A stretch of DNA of 32,000 bases from Acaryochloris marina S15. Its GTDB lineage: Bacteria > Cyanobacteriota > Cyanobacteriia > Thermosynechococcales > Thermosynechococcaceae. This document shows, piece after piece, positions 17,261-26,168 of this stretch. Made by a program: the position numbers and the translations under genes. The notes under the pieces were generated by a model that saw only the letters and a program-made list of their open reading frames with translations, did no database searches and was not told where the DNA came from. The stretch covers positions 4,050,001 to 4,082,000 of the forward strand of contig NZ_CP064923.1 of assembly GCF_018336915.1 (NCBI RefSeq), written 5' to 3'. Every line of letters starts with the position of its first letter. Positions within the stretch are counted from its first letter, which is position 1.

Positions 17261-19405
17261 TTAATTCAGCACCTTCATTTGCTTGATCTTCCACTGCTCC
17301 TGTTCCCGAACAAGCTGATAGCGGACACGATAGGTATCACCCGTATAAGCATCGGTTGTCTGTTGCCCCCCTTCAAAAACCTTCGCCGTCTCGGTCACCG
17401 TTGCCTCGACAGTAGCTTCAGTAGGGCTCTGCTGCTTAATCGCATTAATTTTCAGATCATCAAAGGTATATTCCAAATGAATCCGATTCGCTTGATCCGA
17501 TTGAGCACCCGTCTTCCATTCCGATAAGCTGGGCTCTGCCAAAATTTTGTCCAAGGAAGCCAGTTGGTGATCCTTACCCATTGCCTCAGCTTTAGCCGAT
17601 TGCCAAGACTGAATAATTTGCCGAGCACTCGTTGTCGTGATTTCTTCACTAGTAGCTGGCGCAGGAGAAGGCGTTGGAATGGCGATTGGCGGACTGGCCG
17701 TCGGGCTTACACTAGGACTCGCGGGAGTAGGAATGGGGTCAGGGCTGGCCGGTTCAGGAGATAGATTCTCTACATCTGGCACAGGGTCTTCTTCGCGAGA
17801 GCACTGACTGATGAGGCCAAATAAGGCTAATAAAACCAGTGCTACAGCCCCTGCTGCAAAAAACCAGCGGCGGTATTGCAGTTGCGATCGCTGGCGTCGA
17901 GCTTTAGAGACACCTTCATTCCGTCGGCCATCATCACTCGACTCAACCTTTGGTGCAGAGGCAGGTGTTATTGGCGTGATAGGTCGTTTTTGAGTGCCGT
18001 CTAGCCCCTTCACAGCAGTCAAAGGAGTAACATTTTGAGTCGGTACTGGCTGTTTCCCTTGAGATCTTGAGCGTTTTACATCCTGGCGATGGGCAGCCTG
18101 GGTAGAAAGACGTCCTTCTCGAGCAGAACTAAGCGTGTCGCTCCCTTGATTGGCCAATAGAGGTAAATCTGCAGATGTTGTTGCTGCGGGCATCCGAGGC
18201 GACACAGGCTCCGGTGCTAATCCATTCAGATAAGCCTGAATATGCTCATCATTAAAATAACTCTGCAAAGAAACTTGGGTATCAGCAAGATCCCTAAAGT
18301 AGGGATAAACTTCTTGCTGTAACCAGCGCTCTGTATATAGGAACAAGCCTGGAACTAAATCTTCAGACCCTTCAGAGTACTGATGAATAAACTCTAATGA
18401 TTCTTGGTCTCGACTCAAGGGAAGAGTCTGAATTGCGGCCCCCGGCTGGCCTAGCAACAAATAGCACATAGACTTTTCGACTTGAATATCTTGCCGATCA
18501 GCCAACTCTGTCAACGCTAACTTTGCCTGCTGAATAAACTCCGGCTTTCCCTGGGAACAGCCTTTAGCAACTAGTGCATAAACCAATAGATAGCTTGCCA
18601 CCGCAGACGGGCGTTCACTCTCTTTTGTAAAAAGGTCTTGCTGTTCTTTTACCGTTAAATGACATCGTAACTGCTGAATAAATCGCAGAAAATCGTCAAC
18701 GCTCAATCCTGACAGATCATCTTGCGGCCCATCAATTCCTCCCCGTTCATCCAACATAACTTGGAGAAGAGAAAAGCCTTGCTGTCGCTTATTTATATCC
18801 CCTTCAGGCTCAGCCAGCAATTCCAAAATTCGATAGGGGCGAAGCTTATATAAATCCAATTCAATTTCTCGTTGTACCGCAGAAAACAATTGCTCTTGAG
18901 TCAACAACTTCAAACCAGACTGCAAAACATCCGAAGCTTTTTCAAACTGCTTTTGCTGCCAACATTCTCGTCCTGCTTCTAAATTCGCTAACGCCATCGC
19001 TAAGATGACATCTTCATCAGAACCATTGTTCGCAGATGGTAAACGATTGAGATCAATAGAACGCTTTAGATATTCTGCTCCTAAGTGAGCAATTCGCTCA
19101 TAATCACTTTGCTCTTGCAAAAGCAATAAAGCACCGACCAACTGAGATTCTTGCAGCTCCATGCTCCCTATATCTGGAGGGGCAGATTCCGCTAAAATAG
19201 ACTGGTCATAGGCAGTGCGTGCATCGGAATTAGACAGCACAGCATGGGCATCTTGCAATAGCTGTGTTCGAGCTGCAATTGCTGATTTAGAGTACTCTTG
19301 ACGGGGGAGCTGCTGACACCGATCGGCAAATGCCTGTTCAACTTGCTCTGGTGTCGCTTGAATTGGCACACCCAATATTTGATATAAATCTAAAGGAATA
19401 CGCAC
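17261..19405 (-). CDS. zipN: cell-division protein Ftn2/ZipN (ARC6 homologue) with N-terminal J-like domain
   Basis: N-terminus MRIPLDLYQILGVPIQATPEQVEQAFADR (J-like, no HPD). Long helical middle region. One TM helix (WFFAAGAVALVLLALFGLI). Pro/Ser/Thr-rich linker. C-terminal globular domain (SWQSAKAEAMG...YRVRYQLVREQEQWKIKQMKVL), as in cyanobacterial Ftn2/ZipN and plant ARC6. Confidence 0.82.
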   Translation of the reverse strand: MRIPLDLYQILGVPIQATPEQVEQAFADRCQQLPRQEYSKSAIAARTQLLQDAHAVLSNSDARTAYDQSILAESAPPDIGSMELQESQLVGALLLLQEQSDYERIAHLGAEYLKRSIDLNRLPSANNGSDEDVILAMALANLEAGRECWQQKQFEKASDVLQSGLKLLTQEQLFSAVQREIELDLYKLRPYRILELLAEPEGDINKRQQGFSLLQVMLDERGGIDGPQDDLSGLSVDDFLRFIQQLRCHLTVKEQQDLFTKESERPSAVASYLLVYALVAKGCSQGKPEFIQQAKLALTELADRQDIQVEKSMCYLLLGQPGAAIQTLPLSRDQESLEFIHQYSEGSEDLVPGLFLYTERWLQQEVYPYFRDLADTQVSLQSYFNDEHIQAYLNGLAPEPVSPRMPAATTSADLPLLANQGSDTLSSAREGRLSTQAAHRQDVKRSRSQGKQPVPTQNVTPLTAVKGLDGTQKRPITPITPASAPKVESSDDGRRNEGVSKARRQRSQLQYRRWFFAAGAVALVLLALFGLISQCSREEDPVPDVENLSPEPASPDPIPTPASPSVSPTASPPIAIPTPSPAPATSEEITTTSARQIIQSWQSAKAEAMGKDHQLASLDKILAEPSLSEWKTGAQSDQANRIHLEYTFDDLKINAIKQQSPTEATVEATVTETAKVFEGGQQTTDAYTGDTYRVRYQLVREQEQWKIKQMKVLN
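17884..17891. repeat. HIP1 palindrome GCGATCGC
   Basis: Exact octamer read in the sequence. Confidence 0.95.
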
Positions 19406-19703
19406 AATTCAGTATCCTTGTGAGCCATTTACCGGACGTGAACAACAGATGAGTGATGAAAATACAAGACAGCAAAGCACTTGAAAATATCATAACCTGC
19501 TGCTTGTAAACGTATACTCTATAGAGGTTCAGCAACGTACATTCATAGCAGCTTAACAAGAAGGTTGACAAATATCAGCTACTCCTTGTTAGTTATGATG
19601 TTGGATTATTGAAATCTAAGCATCCCCAAATACTAGACCCTGACAGGTGGCTCAATTAACTAAGCCTTGGCAACATCACCCCAACTGAGGACACTATACA
19701 TCA

Positions 19704-20732
19704 ATGGTTCAAGAAAGAGTTCTACCCCAATTTCCCACCCCTACCATCAACATTACTCATGATGAGGGGCTTATCCTTTATGAGGATATGGTTTTGGGAC
19801 GGGCTTTTGAAGATAAATGTGCCGAGATGTATTACCGGGGCAAGATGTTTGGCTTTGTCCATCTCTATAACGGTCAAGAGGCTGTTTCTACAGGCATTGC
19901 CAAGGCCATGCGCCCAGATGACTTCATTTGCAGTACCTATCGGGATCACGTTCATGCCCTGAGTGCAGGTGTCCCAGCTCGACAAGTCATGGCTGAACTA
20001 TTCGGCAAAGAGACTGGCTGCAGCAAAGGCCGGGGAGGATCCATGCACCTATTCTCCTCAGAGCATAACCTGATCGGTGGCTTCGCCTTTGTCGCAGAAG
20101 GGATTCCCGTTGCCACTGGAGTGGCATTTCAAAGCCGCTATCGTCGAGAAGCGATGGGGGATGCAGCGTCCGATCACGTCACAGCCTGTTTCTTTGGGGA
20201 TGGCGCTAGTAATAATGGCCAGTTCTTTGAGTGCCTAAATATGGCCTCTCTCTGGAAATTGCCTATCTTGTTCGTCGTGGAAAATAATAAGTGGGCAATT
20301 GGTATGGCCCATGAACGTGCTAGCTCAGAGACTGAGATTTACAAAAAAGCAAAAGTCTTTGGCATGGCAGGGGTTGAAGTTGATGGCATGGATGTATTGG
20401 CTGTCCATGAAGTAGCCCAAGCAGCCATTGCTAGAGCCCGTGCAGGTGAAGGTCCAACCTTAATCGAAGCATTGACCTATCGTTTTAGAGGTCACTCCCT
20501 TGCCGATCCAGATGAACTGAGATCTGCAACAGAGAAAGAAGAATGGTTAGCCCGCGACCCGATCACAAAATTTAAGTCTTACTTAGTCGATCAAAAACTT
20601 GTTAAAGAGCAAGAGTTACTCGACATTGACAAGAAAATTCAAACCTTGATAGAAGAAGCCGTTCAATTCGCTGAGGAAAGTCCTGATCCTAAGCCTGAAG
20701 ATCTCTACAAATATATTTTCGTAGATGATTAG
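19704..20732 (+). CDS. pdhA: pyruvate dehydrogenase E1 component, alpha subunit
   Basis: TPP-binding region [36 protein letters not shown]. Phosphorylation-loop-like [15 protein letters not shown]. 342 aa, typical E1-alpha. Confidence 0.9.
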   Translation: MVQERVLPQFPTPTINITHDEGLILYEDMVLGRAFEDKCAEMYYRGKMFGFVHLYNGQEAVSTGIAKAMRPDDFICSTYRDHVHALSAGVPARQVMAELFGKETGCSKGRGGSMHLFSSEHNLIGGFAFVAEGIPVATGVAFQSRYRREAMGDAASDHVTACFFGDGASNNGQFFECLNMASLWKLPILFVVENNKWAIGMAHERASSETEIYKKAKVFGMAGVEVDGMDVLAVHEVAQAAIARARAGEGPTLIEALTYRFRGHSLADPDELRSATEKEEWLARDPITKFKSYLVDQKLVKEQELLDIDKKIQTLIEEAVQFAEESPDPKPEDLYKYIFVDD

Positions 20733-20854
20733 ATTACTTTTTTACCTGGTGACACACCCAATTTATCCAAGCATCTGAAATATAAGGTGTGATTTCAACC
20801 AGGGGCCTCCTATCAAAAACTATTGCAGTAAAGCAAAGAATTAGGTGTCATTGA

Positions 20855-21298
20855 GTGCCTCCTCGCAACCCTATCCCTACAGTCGATATCATCATTGAAA
20901 TGTGGGATAGACCACATCGCCCTATTGTCTTAATCGAGCGCAAAAACCCACCCTATGGTTGGGCATTGCCAGGAGGGTTCGTTGACTATGGAGAATCTGT
21001 GGAGTCAGCGGCGATCAGAGAAGCCCAAGAAGAAACAAGTCTATCAGTCAATTTGCTAGAACAGTTTCATGTATATTCATCTCCCAAGCGTGACTCACGC
21101 CAACATACTCTCAGTATCGTGTTTATTGCCAAAGCAATCGGCGAACCAAAAGCAGCAGATGATGCCCAGACCTTAAAGCTATTTGAGATATGGAAACTTC
21201 CCAAAAAACTGTGTTTTGACCATCTTCAGATTCTGAATGACTATCAGCAATATCGTTATCACAATAGAAAACCAAATTTACCGCTGATAACAAGTTGA
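20855..21298 (+). CDS. Nudix hydrolase
   Basis: Nudix box [23 protein letters not shown] fits GX5EX7REUXEEXGU, with Ser at the last Gly position. GTG start. Confidence 0.85.
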   Translation: MPPRNPIPTVDIIIEMWDRPHRPIVLIERKNPPYGWALPGGFVDYGESVESAAIREAQEETSLSVNLLEQFHVYSSPKRDSRQHTLSIVFIAKAIGEPKAADDAQTLKLFEIWKLPKKLCFDHLQILNDYQQYRYHNRKPNLPLITS

Positions 21299-21309
21299 AT
21301 ATTTATCAC

Positions 21310-22125
21310 TTAGTCTTCTTCAGGAAATTGAATCTTAAGTGTGTTCTGTTCAGTAACCTTGATCTGACCACCTAGAGCTTGTATTTCTGATATGGAGCGC
21401 TGGCGAGTCTCCTCGTCAGGGGCACTATTTAATATCATTAGCCAAGCACTAACTCGTGCTTTCTTACTATCAGGATTGTCTTTCAGAAATTCAGCAGTTT
21501 TTGCAACAATGGCTCCAATTCGTTGAGCTTCAGGCTCTGAACTATCTTGGGCCCATTGGGCAGCTTTTAGGTACGAATTTCTGGCAGCTTGGTTATCACC
21601 CAGAAACAAAATCTCATCTGAAGCTTTAGAAACCCAAAGTGAATATGCATCAGGCGAGATCTTTGGAGAGAGTGATTTTAGGCCTTTTTCTATCAAAGTT
21701 ACTGACTGGTCTGGTCGTCCCGCAAAGATTGAAGTTGCAGGAGACATAAATTTATAGGGCTGTGTAAATTTTGGGTTGCGGTCTACGAAAATTTCAAAGT
21801 ACTTAGGGGTCAATGCATAGCCTATTTTTTGGCGAGCATCTTTCTCTCCAAAATATTGAAGAAATCGTAAGAACGTCCAATCTGCAACAAGGTTATCGAA
21901 ACCAAAGCTGGGTAAATTTTTAATAAAAGCTAAATTCGCTTTTTCTTGTTCTGATTCTAATAGATATACCGTTGTAGGTTTAGTTGCTTCAGTTTTCGCT
22001 TGAATCTCTGTAACCTTAGTCAGTTGTAATGTAGCAATACTACCAGAACAAACAAGGGCGAGTAATGGCGCCAACAATTTCGTTAGAGAAAGCGTATAAG
22101 ACATATCTAACACTGTTGTCTTCAA
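21310..22125 (-). CDS. hypothetical exported/membrane-anchored protein, co-directional with and 30 nt downstream of the second pilin gene
   Basis: 271-aa ORF with an N-terminal hydrophobic segment (LLAPLLALVCSGSIATL). The rest is helical and repeat-like. No recognisable motif. Alternative start ATG 22104 (MSYTL...). Its position after two pilin genes recalls the Synechocystis pilA1-pilA2-sll1696 arrangement (from memory, unverified). Confidence 0.55.
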   Translation of the reverse strand: MKTTVLDMSYTLSLTKLLAPLLALVCSGSIATLQLTKVTEIQAKTEATKPTTVYLLESEQEKANLAFIKNLPSFGFDNLVADWTFLRFLQYFGEKDARQKIGYALTPKYFEIFVDRNPKFTQPYKFMSPATSIFAGRPDQSVTLIEKGLKSLSPKISPDAYSLWVSKASDEILFLGDNQAARNSYLKAAQWAQDSSEPEAQRIGAIVAKTAEFLKDNPDSKKARVSAWLMILNSAPDEETRQRSISEIQALGGQIKVTEQNTLKIQFPEED

Positions 22126-22155
22126 GACACTATCAAAATTTTATCTTTTATTGAC

Positions 22156-22632
22156 TTAGCAACTAGGAGGAGTGGCAATAGTTCCAGCACCTGGTGCTGG
22201 TTGTTCCTCAAGTGTAACGCTAGTAGTTGCTAAACTTCCAGAAATGATATCAGCATTAGTACATCCTGTAATAGCACTCAATAAAGGATCGGTTGGAGTA
22301 GCTCTAAACTCAGCTACCGTTGAATTTACAGTGCCAAATGAATAAGTATATTTTTCAGTCGTTAAAGGGATGCCTACACCAAGCGAACCCATATCGCTAG
22401 CAAAGGTTCGTTCTTCTAAGCGATAGGCTTGCTGGGCACGATTGACAGCACCAATTTGGCTTTTAGCAGCAGATTGACGGGCTTTATTTGCCTGATTGAG
22501 CATGGAGGGTAATGCTACACCTGCTAGAATAGCCATAATCACAATAACAACCAACAATTCAATCAACGTAAATCCTCTTTGAGTCTTCGACTTAGGAATT
22601 GTTGATAATACTTTCAAGTAATAATGAGACAT
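22156..22632 (-). CDS. type IV pilin-like protein (PilA paralog, pilA2-like)
   Basis: Prepilin cleavage/methylation motif ...KTQRG|FTLIELLVVIVIMAILAGVALPSML, with Glu at +5. Two C-terminal Cys residues (GCTNAD...PPSC). The ORF track extends to 22710, but the first 26 codons look non-pilin. ATG 22632 (MSHYYLKVLSTIPKSKTQRG) gives a plausible leader. Confidence 0.8.
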   Translation of the reverse strand: MSHYYLKVLSTIPKSKTQRGFTLIELLVVIVIMAILAGVALPSMLNQANKARQSAAKSQIGAVNRAQQAYRLEERTFASDMGSLGVGIPLTTEKYTYSFGTVNSTVAEFRATPTDPLLSAITGCTNADIISGSLATTSVTLEEQPAPGAGTIATPPSC

Positions 22633-23445
22633 GAGTCCGTACGCTGTAAACTGTTGGTTAGTGAATGGATAAAATACATCAGTATCTTTACTTTTGACAA
22701 AAAATCTCATGAGTTAACCAGGCTTAGACCTTCGCTTAACCACTCAATTATCAAGTCAATTTTGTGCATCTACAGATAACTAAAAGCCACAAAAAATTCA
22801 ATCAAATCATGATTAACGAACTCGTTTTAGCTTATCTATCTGTCCTTAAAAGAACCTTTAATCCATAAACAGGATTTGAAAATTTTTATATCTCTAATTT
22901 ATCCATATATTTTTAAATTCGCCTCAGCAAAAATACGGTTTAGGATAAATTAGATTCTGGAATACATAGAATTAGAATGAGCTCAGGATAAGGTAAAATT
23001 TCTATTATTACGTAGACTGAAACCTAAATACTTCCATCAATCTTAAAATAGGCTTAATCAGAATCGAAGCTAATTCATTTTCTCTCAAGAAATTTCGATC
23101 AAAAGAAGAGTTTTATTTTTTATATAAAACCTTTGACTAAACTAGGCAGCACTGAAATAAGAATCAATCAGAAGCATCCCTCTCACAATCTATTTCAGAT
23201 CATGAGAGTGCTTAATCAAGGTTTATAAATCATTTGACAATGGCATTGAAATTCAACCATCTTTCTAAGTGCAACTTCACCTAGATTTCCTATAGAAAAG
23301 GGTTTTTTATCTCAAGTAGAGATCAAATATAGTTCACATTAGAAAGACTGATTTACTCAGCATGGAGGTTGATCAGAAAGCTTGTCGAATAGAAAAGTCT
23401 ATTGATATTAATAGCCTCTTCAATATATGGCTATAATTCGTTGAG

Positions 23446-23489
23446 ACAAAACAAGGCTTCTAGTAGTGATTTTTCACCACTAGAAGCCT
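23446..23489 (-). terminator. intrinsic terminator of the pilA1-like gene
   Basis: 15-bp stem (23454-23468 / 23475-23489) with a 6-nt loop. The single imperfect position is an A/C mismatch on the + strand but a G-U wobble in minus-strand RNA, and the minus-strand RNA continues UGUUUUGU. It sits ~95 nt after the pilA stop. Confidence 0.75.
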
Positions 23490-23582
23490 CATTTCGCACT
23501 ATATATCGTGGTTGTCTATAGATTTATGCGTGAACCAGTTTAGAGATTCATCAGACTATAAACATTCACAGAGTTGTCTAGA

Positions 23583-24035
23583 TTATGGGCAGGCAGGAGC
23601 TGCTGCACCTTCTTCAAGAGAAGAGTCCGTGGTACCAGTGGCAGCATCAACTGAAACACAACCACGGTAGAACTGTAGACCAGAACCAGTATCTATAGGA
23701 TTTGCTGAAGTTTCACCAGCAATAGCAGTAGAAGTAGCGATAGCAATTGTGTAATCTTCAGTGCTAGCGTCAGCGATTTGCAGGTCAGCGTAATCAGCAG
23801 CAAATGTAGGATTCTCTAAGCGATAGGCCTGCTGGGCACGGCTAACAGCACCCACTTGGCTTTGGGCAGCAGATTGTCTGGCTCTGTTTGCTTGGTTGAG
23901 CATGGAAGGCAGAGCTACAGCAGCCAAAATACCGATGATGATAACAACAACCAAAAGTTCAATTAGAGTGAAACCTTTGTTGCCTTTCTTGTTTACGAAG
24001 TGCTGGATGAGTTTGGCTTGTAGATTAGTCTTCAT
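23583..24035 (-). CDS. pilA: major type IV pilin (PilA1-like)
   Basis: Leader MKTNLQAKLIQHFVNKKGNKG|FTLIELLVVVIIIGILAAVALPSML (G|F cleavage site, Glu+5). C-terminal Cys pair (RGCVSVD...APACP). 150 aa. Own strong terminator. Confidence 0.88.
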   Translation of the reverse strand: MKTNLQAKLIQHFVNKKGNKGFTLIELLVVVIIIGILAAVALPSMLNQANRARQSAAQSQVGAVSRAQQAYRLENPTFAADYADLQIADASTEDYTIAIATSTAIAGETSANPIDTGSGLQFYRGCVSVDAATGTTDSSLEEGAAAPACP

Positions 24036-24292
24036 AGTTGTAAAGTCTCTCTTTGGGTATTGGATTCAAGTCTTTTTCGCTCCCAAATTTACATTACCCA
24101 TTCCTCAAACTTTTCATATCAAGTTGGAGGCCGTTTTAACAAAGTTCAGTGTATATACAGAGATATCTCATATGCAATTTCCCAAGGGAATGAAGTGCTT
24201 CCCAAAAAATACGGAATTTCTGCCTGATTAATCTCCAATACCTATTTCACCTCCAAAAATCCCCCCACAAAGGCGGCTATCAGAAAATTCGT

Positions 24293-24370
24293 CACTCTCG
24301 CTTAAGAGCTGACAAATCAGCCTCTGTCATTATGGTGACTACCATAATGACAGAGGTATAAGCTTGAGTG
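24293..24370. repeat. 78-nt nested palindrome in the pilA/comM divergent intergenic region
   Basis: Inner perfect 16-bp inverted repeat CCTCTGTCATTATGGT (24321-24336) / ACCATAATGACAGAGG (24341-24356) with 4-nt loop GACT. It is flanked by outer imperfect arms CACTCTCGCTTAA (24293-24305) and ATAAGCTTGAGTG (24358-24370), which match at 10 of 13 positions. Confidence 0.8.
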
Positions 24371-24450
24371 ATGTAAATACGAAATGTTGAAGACCAATCA
24401 GACACAACATTAAAATATATCGGAATACCAGGATTATAGGGACTCAACGT

Positions 24451-24531
24451 ATGTTGGCTCGAGTATGGAGTTCATCCTTAATTGGGATTGAAGCGATCAA
24501 AGTAGGAGTGGAAGTAGATGTAAGCACTTAA
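24451..24531 (+). pseudogene. comM: detached 5' fragment (25 codons) of the comM/yifB gene, ending in a premature stop created by an insertion
   Basis: ATG 24451 is preceded by a GGGA-type RBS. It encodes MLARVWSSSLIGIEAIKVGVEVDVS, then T and TAA (24529-24531). This is the canonical YifB/ComM N-terminus (compare E. coli YifB ...VEVHISKGLPG...). It lies in a different frame from the main ORF. Confidence 0.75.
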
Positions 24532-24616
24532 GCAGAAGTAATTACAATCTATTTCCTTGCTAAGCCAGGGTTTTAGCAAAAATGTTGTGAAATTAATTAT
24601 GTCCTACTGCTTATCT
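24526..24616. mobile_element. ~91-nt MITE-like insertion with terminal inverted repeats interrupting comM/yifB (boundaries +/- 3 nt)
   Basis: Starts ACTTAAGCAGAAGTA and ends TCCTACTGCTTATCT. TAAGCAG (24529-24535) and CTGCTTA (24607-24613) form a perfect 7-bp terminal inverted repeat, 10 of 12 when extended. Internal hairpin TTGCTAA (24557-24563)-N9-TTAGCAA (24573-24579), followed by an A-run. Removing 91 nt (3n+1) restores DVS-GGLPG in one frame. Confidence 0.65.
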
Positions 24617-26068
24617 GGTGGACTACCAGGCATCGTGATTGTGGGTCTACCCGATACAGCAGTGCAAGAATCTAGGGAAAGGGTAAAAGCGGCATTGCGT
24701 AATTCTGGCTTAGCATTTCCCATACGCCGAATTGTGATTAACTTAACCCCTGCCGATTTACGTAAAGAAGGCCCAAGCTTCGATTTACCAATTAGCATCG
24801 GCATCCTAGCAGCCTCTGATCAGATTAATCCCCAGCTCTTAGGGGATTTCTTGTTTCTCGGGGAGGTTTCGCTAGACGGTGCCCTCAGACCGGTTACGGG
24901 TGTGTTACCCATAGCTGCTGCTGCCAAACAAATGGGATTTGTGGGTTTAGTTGTACCTTACAAAAATGCAAAAGAAGCGGCTGTTGTTAAGGGCTTATCC
25001 GTCTATGGCTTTGAGTCTTTATCCGAGGTGAGTAATTTTTTGAACGATCCTGATGCGGTTCAGCCCTTTCAGGAGGAAGACACAGCGAATGATGTGCAGC
25101 GTCTGCATCATCTTGATTTGAAGGATGTAAAAGGGCAGGCCCATGCCCGGCGAGCCTTGGAAATTGCAGCTGCAGGCGGGCATAACGTTATTTTCGTTGG
25201 ACCGCCAGGAAGTGGAAAAACAATGCTGGCTCGGAGATTACCAGGTATTCTTCCTCCTCTAGAATTCAACGAAGCTTTAGAGGTTACTAAGATTCATTCG
25301 GTGGCAGGCTTATTGAGAGATCAAGGTCAGTTACTTCGCCAACGGCCATTCCGATCTCCCCATCATTCCGCATCTGGACCAGCACTAGTGGGGGGAGGCA
25401 GTTTCCCCAAACCAGGGGAAATCTCTTTAGCCCATCGGGGAGTGCTATTTCTGGATGAATTAACGGAATTCAAAAGAGATGTATTGGAATTTTTACGTCA
25501 GCCCTTGGAGGATGGTTTTGTCAGCATTTCCAGAGCAAGGCAGTCGGTTACCTTCCCTGCTCAGTTCACCTTGGTAGCCAGTACGAATCCTTGTCCTTGT
25601 GGGTATTATGCAGATCCAATACAGGCCTGTACCTGCTCACCTCGTCAACGGGAAACCTATTGGGCTAAATTATCAGGGCCTTTAATGGATCGCATTGATT
25701 TACAAGTGGCTGTCAATCGTCTTAAACCTGAAGAAATCACCCGGCAAAGCAAGGGAGAAGAATCGGCTCCCATTCGAGAGCGGGTCAGAGCAGCTCGTCA
25801 CTTGGCGACTCATCGGTTTGAAGCTGAATCAAATTTACACAGTAATGCTCAGATGAATAGCCAACAGTTGCGCCAGTGGTGCCAGCTTAATGATGCAACA
25901 CGGCAATTACTAGAAACTGCGATTAGTCGACTAGGACTATCAGCAAGGGCAACCGATCGGATCCTCAAGGTGGGGCGAACTATTGCCGATTTAGCAAATT
26001 CTCCTAATTTAGAAGCAACTCATGTTGCCGAGGCTATTCAATATCGGACCATTGATCGACTTCAATAG
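24557..26068 (+). CDS. comM: YifB/ComM family Mg-chelatase-like AAA+ ATPase; main body, N-terminus disrupted
   Basis: GGLPGIVIVGLPDTAVQESRERVKAAL (Lon-protease-like N-domain). Walker A FVGPPGSGKTMLARRL. Walker B VLFLDEL. Cys cluster NPCPCGYYADPIQACTCS. C-terminal Mg-chelatase_C-like SARATDRILKVGRTIADL. The first 20 codons of the track ORF (TTG 24557, ATG 24599) lie inside the inserted element. Confidence 0.88.
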   Translation: MLSQGFSKNVVKLIMSYCLSGGLPGIVIVGLPDTAVQESRERVKAALRNSGLAFPIRRIVINLTPADLRKEGPSFDLPISIGILAASDQINPQLLGDFLFLGEVSLDGALRPVTGVLPIAAAAKQMGFVGLVVPYKNAKEAAVVKGLSVYGFESLSEVSNFLNDPDAVQPFQEEDTANDVQRLHHLDLKDVKGQAHARRALEIAAAGGHNVIFVGPPGSGKTMLARRLPGILPPLEFNEALEVTKIHSVAGLLRDQGQLLRQRPFRSPHHSASGPALVGGGSFPKPGEISLAHRGVLFLDELTEFKRDVLEFLRQPLEDGFVSISRARQSVTFPAQFTLVASTNPCPCGYYADPIQACTCSPRQRETYWAKLSGPLMDRIDLQVAVNRLKPEEITRQSKGEESAPIRERVRAARHLATHRFEAESNLHSNAQMNSQQLRQWCQLNDATRQLLETAISRLGLSARATDRILKVGRTIADLANSPNLEATHVAEAIQYRTIDRLQ

Positions 26069-26168
26069 GGGAGAAGTACCAAATTGTCTACTTACAACCG
26101 AGAGGGAGGAGTTCCAGGGGCTTAGTACCTGGCAAGCAACCTTAGCTGTTGTGTAATAAACACCAGAG

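Noticed and set aside
15726-19571. Assorted 60-112-aa ORFs antisense to or out of frame with ndhL/DUF3007, lpxD and zipN (15726-15977, 16443-16649, 16471-16809, 16822-17013, 17279-17527, 17452-17649, 17564-17764, 17811-17993, 19338-19571).
   Set aside because: All are nested in long ORFs with strong family signatures. Several are Arg-rich translations of the Pro-rich zipN linker on the opposite strand.
19722-19985. ORFs 19722-19985 (-) and 19759-19962 (+) at the 5' end of pdhA. Also 23896-24231 (+) antisense to pilA, 24604-24804 (-) in comM, 27245-27445 (-), 27886-28104 (+), 29087-29475 (+), 29588-29987 (-), 30158-30346 (-), 31187-31369 (+) and 31460-31825 (+).
   Set aside because: These are shadow ORFs overlapping well-supported genes, with no motifs, no RBS context and a composition that mirrors the real gene.
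24526-24616. Idea that the 91-nt comM interruption is an intron or encodes an intein.
   Set aside because: It is far too short for a group I or group II intron and I see none of their conserved structures. It is not a multiple of 3 and contains stops, so it cannot be an intein. Terminal inverted repeats fit a transposon-derived miniature element better.
24523-24619. Idea that the comM gap is bypassed by ribosome hopping like phage T4 gene 60, given a stop right after the take-off region, a hairpin in the gap and coding that resumes downstream.
   Set aside because: Hopping needs matched take-off and landing codons. The codon before the stop region (AGC Ser, or ACT Thr) has no matching landing codon immediately before GGT 24617 in the resuming frame, where the preceding codon is TCT. 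The only downstream ACT (24606-24608) lands in the wrong frame.
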